From NCBI RefSeq assembly GCF_006345805.1, contig NC_043021.1:20646001-20710000 (forward strand): DNA of 64,000 bases, given 5' to 3'. The position numbers and the translations under genes are program-made. The stretch is from Octopus sinensis (Eukaryota). Below, in pieces: positions 61,823 to 64,000 of the stretch (positions are counted from its first letter, which is position 1; every line of letters begins with the position of its first letter). Under the pieces are notes generated by a model, which did no database searches, was not told the DNA's origin, and saw nothing but the letters and a program-made list of their open reading frames with translations.

Positions 61823-64000
61823 TGTGGTGTGTACGAGAGATTCAAAATAAAGGAACCTACCTTCTCTTTGCTCTGATGGAGACCTTTCAGCAGTAATGGA
61901 TCCTTCGACACAGCCTGACTCGAACGCTAGAGATAGCAGCTGCTTCACCCAACCTTAACAATGTGATCACCCGCCTTAACCCCTCGACGACCGGACTCGA
62001 AAAGGCAGAATGACCCGCTCGCTGCGCACGCATCACGGCTGCCCCTTCCTGTCAGCTCCCCAGCTGCTGACATCATCCCACATGCCACCATGATCTTAAA
62101 GATCACAATCTCTCTACTCCATGTCGTAGTCCACCATCCAACCGGGAGGGCGCCATGCGCGTCGATCTCTTCTCAAGCTGGGCACCTCGTTCTCCCCCTC
62201 TCCACAATTGTTGTCCGTCAAAGCGACAATCCTGCGGTGTTCCATCCACGGAGACGTTGTTTCTGGAATTGACCGCCATCACCGTTCCTCTGCTTCATTG
62301 AGACATACAGCGCGCCTTCGGTGGCTTAACCCAGACTTTCTCCCATATTTTCATGCAAACAGGTCCCTTCTCTTCCTCGTGGCCTTCCGGCGCTTTGCTC
62401 GGGTGCCTCCATTCATATTTAAATACAGCTCTCTGCGGCACAGATTCCTCAGCTTGTCCGGATCGGGGAGACAAGTTGTACCAAAAAACTGCTTCAAGCG
62501 GCGAAATGTGCCCTCTTTCCGCTATGGCCTTCACTGTCCGGTGGTGCCTCTCTACGATCCCGTTATCGCTCAGCCTATTCACTGCTCTGAACAAGCGACG
62601 CACCTTCCACCAATCAAGCATAACCCTCAATGCTTCCGAACGAAACGCCGCCCCGTTGTCCATCAGCAGTACTTCCACGGGACCTCTCTCTAAAAAATCC
62701 CGTTCAACATCTGCGCGATCTCGTCAGCAATGCCCGTTCTCAACTCCCTCCAAATGACCAGCCGGCCTGGCCCACAGTCAACCATGGAGAGGTACATTCC
62801 CTGACGGTAGTGCGTCACATCCACAGCTAGCCTTTCCAGTTGTACTCCACTGAAAGGCTTCCCTGTTCATGCCCACATGGAGCAGGGTCAATGGACTGAC
62901 ACCTGTCGCAGCTCCCGACCACTTTCCGGATGCTTCTCCTAGTGACGTCAGCATCAATTTTCTTCGCCAGATACAGGGTCCTGTCCACACCCAGGTGATG
63001 CATAGCATGCAGTTTCTTCAGTTCAGAGTCATCAAACCGACCTCTGGTTCTTCCAACCACGCTCTTTTCACCCTGGTCAGTGTGTCCGCCCTGTTTTTCT
63101 CCGAAGGCACGAAAACCACGTTCAGCTTCAGTCCGAACTCAGTGATCAATTCACCTAGAACTCCTAGACGGCGCTTCACTAACATCTCCGCAGCACCTTT
63201 CGTCTGCACTCTCCTTTCACCGGTGATCACCGATCCTACCCAGCCAAGCACAGTGGCCGAATCCATCCAGATTTCAATCGTGCGCAGCCCCCATTTCAGG
63301 GCCAAGTTCACCCCTTTCAGCACCGCGTCTAATTCGGCAACATTGATGTGGTTGAAGTCATCTGCTTTCCGAAGCCAGGCCGCGTCCTCCATCGCAGCAC
63401 CTTCGATTGCCAACACAACCCCTATTGCTATACTGCTAGCATCACACCAGATGGTCCCGCATTCCGTCTTGGGCACATACCAGTTCCCCCTGACCGGGTC
63501 TTCCGCTCTCGTCCTCTCCAAGATTTCCTGCATCATCCCACCTTGTCGCCCCAACTCTCCCCCTCCGCTTGTCTCTTGGTGTAACTGCACGCCGTGCACA
63601 GCCATCCAGCGATCGGGTAGTGACCGACCAACTTCCCACACCGAGAACAGCTCTCTCCTGCTGACGCTGGAACTCAGCTCTGGGATTTCATTTCCTCTCC
63701 GGAACACCAATTCACCTGATCTATCTCTTCGCAGCTTCAGCCCCAGCGCGGCTCCCCCTTCCATCAACTCCAGTGGCTTCGCAATCAGTCCGAACTTCTC
63801 CAGATATCTAACTACCTTGTTGGCTGGCACTACAGTTTCATCCACCAAAATGTCGTCAATGTAGGAGCTGGTGGCCTTTCTAATCTTGCCGTCTTTCCCT
63901 AGGACAGACTTAAGCACTGCCGCCATGATCTTCGGAGCGGAATTCAGCCTGAAACCCAGCCTGGTTAAACAGTACGTCCGGCCTTTGTACCGCACCAGCT
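61823..64000 (-). mobile_element. Decayed Ty3/Gypsy LTR retrotransposon (RT-RNaseH-integrase plus 3' LTR 61823-62082); continues beyond the window
   Basis: RT YIDDILV; RNase H CDASSIAIG, VAELDAV, MDSATVL, NRADTLTR; integrase HHLG..CDRC, DNGAAFRS, NGIVERHHRTVK, broken by frameshifts. The 260-bp LTR has TG...CA ends. Confidence 0.92.

Noticed and set aside
61805-61935. CTGATGA-GGTCAGGC...GCCTGACT-CGAAC hammerhead look-alike
   Set aside because: It straddles the LTR boundary at 61823, has GAAC instead of GAAA, and has no valid stem III or stem I, so the pairing is probably chance.
62869-63864. 331-aa plus-strand ORF; also plus-strand ORFs over 27169-30259
   Set aside because: These are antisense shadows of retroelement pol genes.

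Overview
This is eukaryotic, very repeat-rich DNA. The SINE families and AT-microsatellite load point to an octopus or other coleoid cephalopod (inference). Most ORFs in the supplied track are artefacts of microsatellites and repeats. One real host gene is supported, on the minus strand: coding exons 24233-24404, 18068-18295 and 11901-12301 splice in frame to a 260-aa stand-alone BPL_N / class I glutamine-amidotransferase-like protein. It has an intact putative Cys97-His216-Glu218 triad and no biotin-ligase catalytic domain. The rest is mobile DNA: two decayed RTE LINEs and many 3'-UTR-only copies carrying a 63-bp minisatellite, three tRNA-derived SINE families (CORE-type, Deu/Nin-type, and one with swapped tails), non-autonomous Helitrons, hAT- and piggyBac-type MITEs, a Ty3/Gypsy element, solo LTRs and a ~1.4-kb decayed 28S rRNA fragment. 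The most interesting signal is missed by the ORF track: at least seven type I hammerhead-ribozyme motifs of the Penelope-like-element kind (cores at 8161, 8488, 23380, 23867, 26273, 57372, 60204). All lie on the + strand, antisense to the gene. Several sit in fold-back structures whose opposite arm lacks the catalytic core, and two carry ~96-nt hairpin inserts in stem II. All motifs and pairings were read by eye; boundaries of degenerate repeats are approximate.
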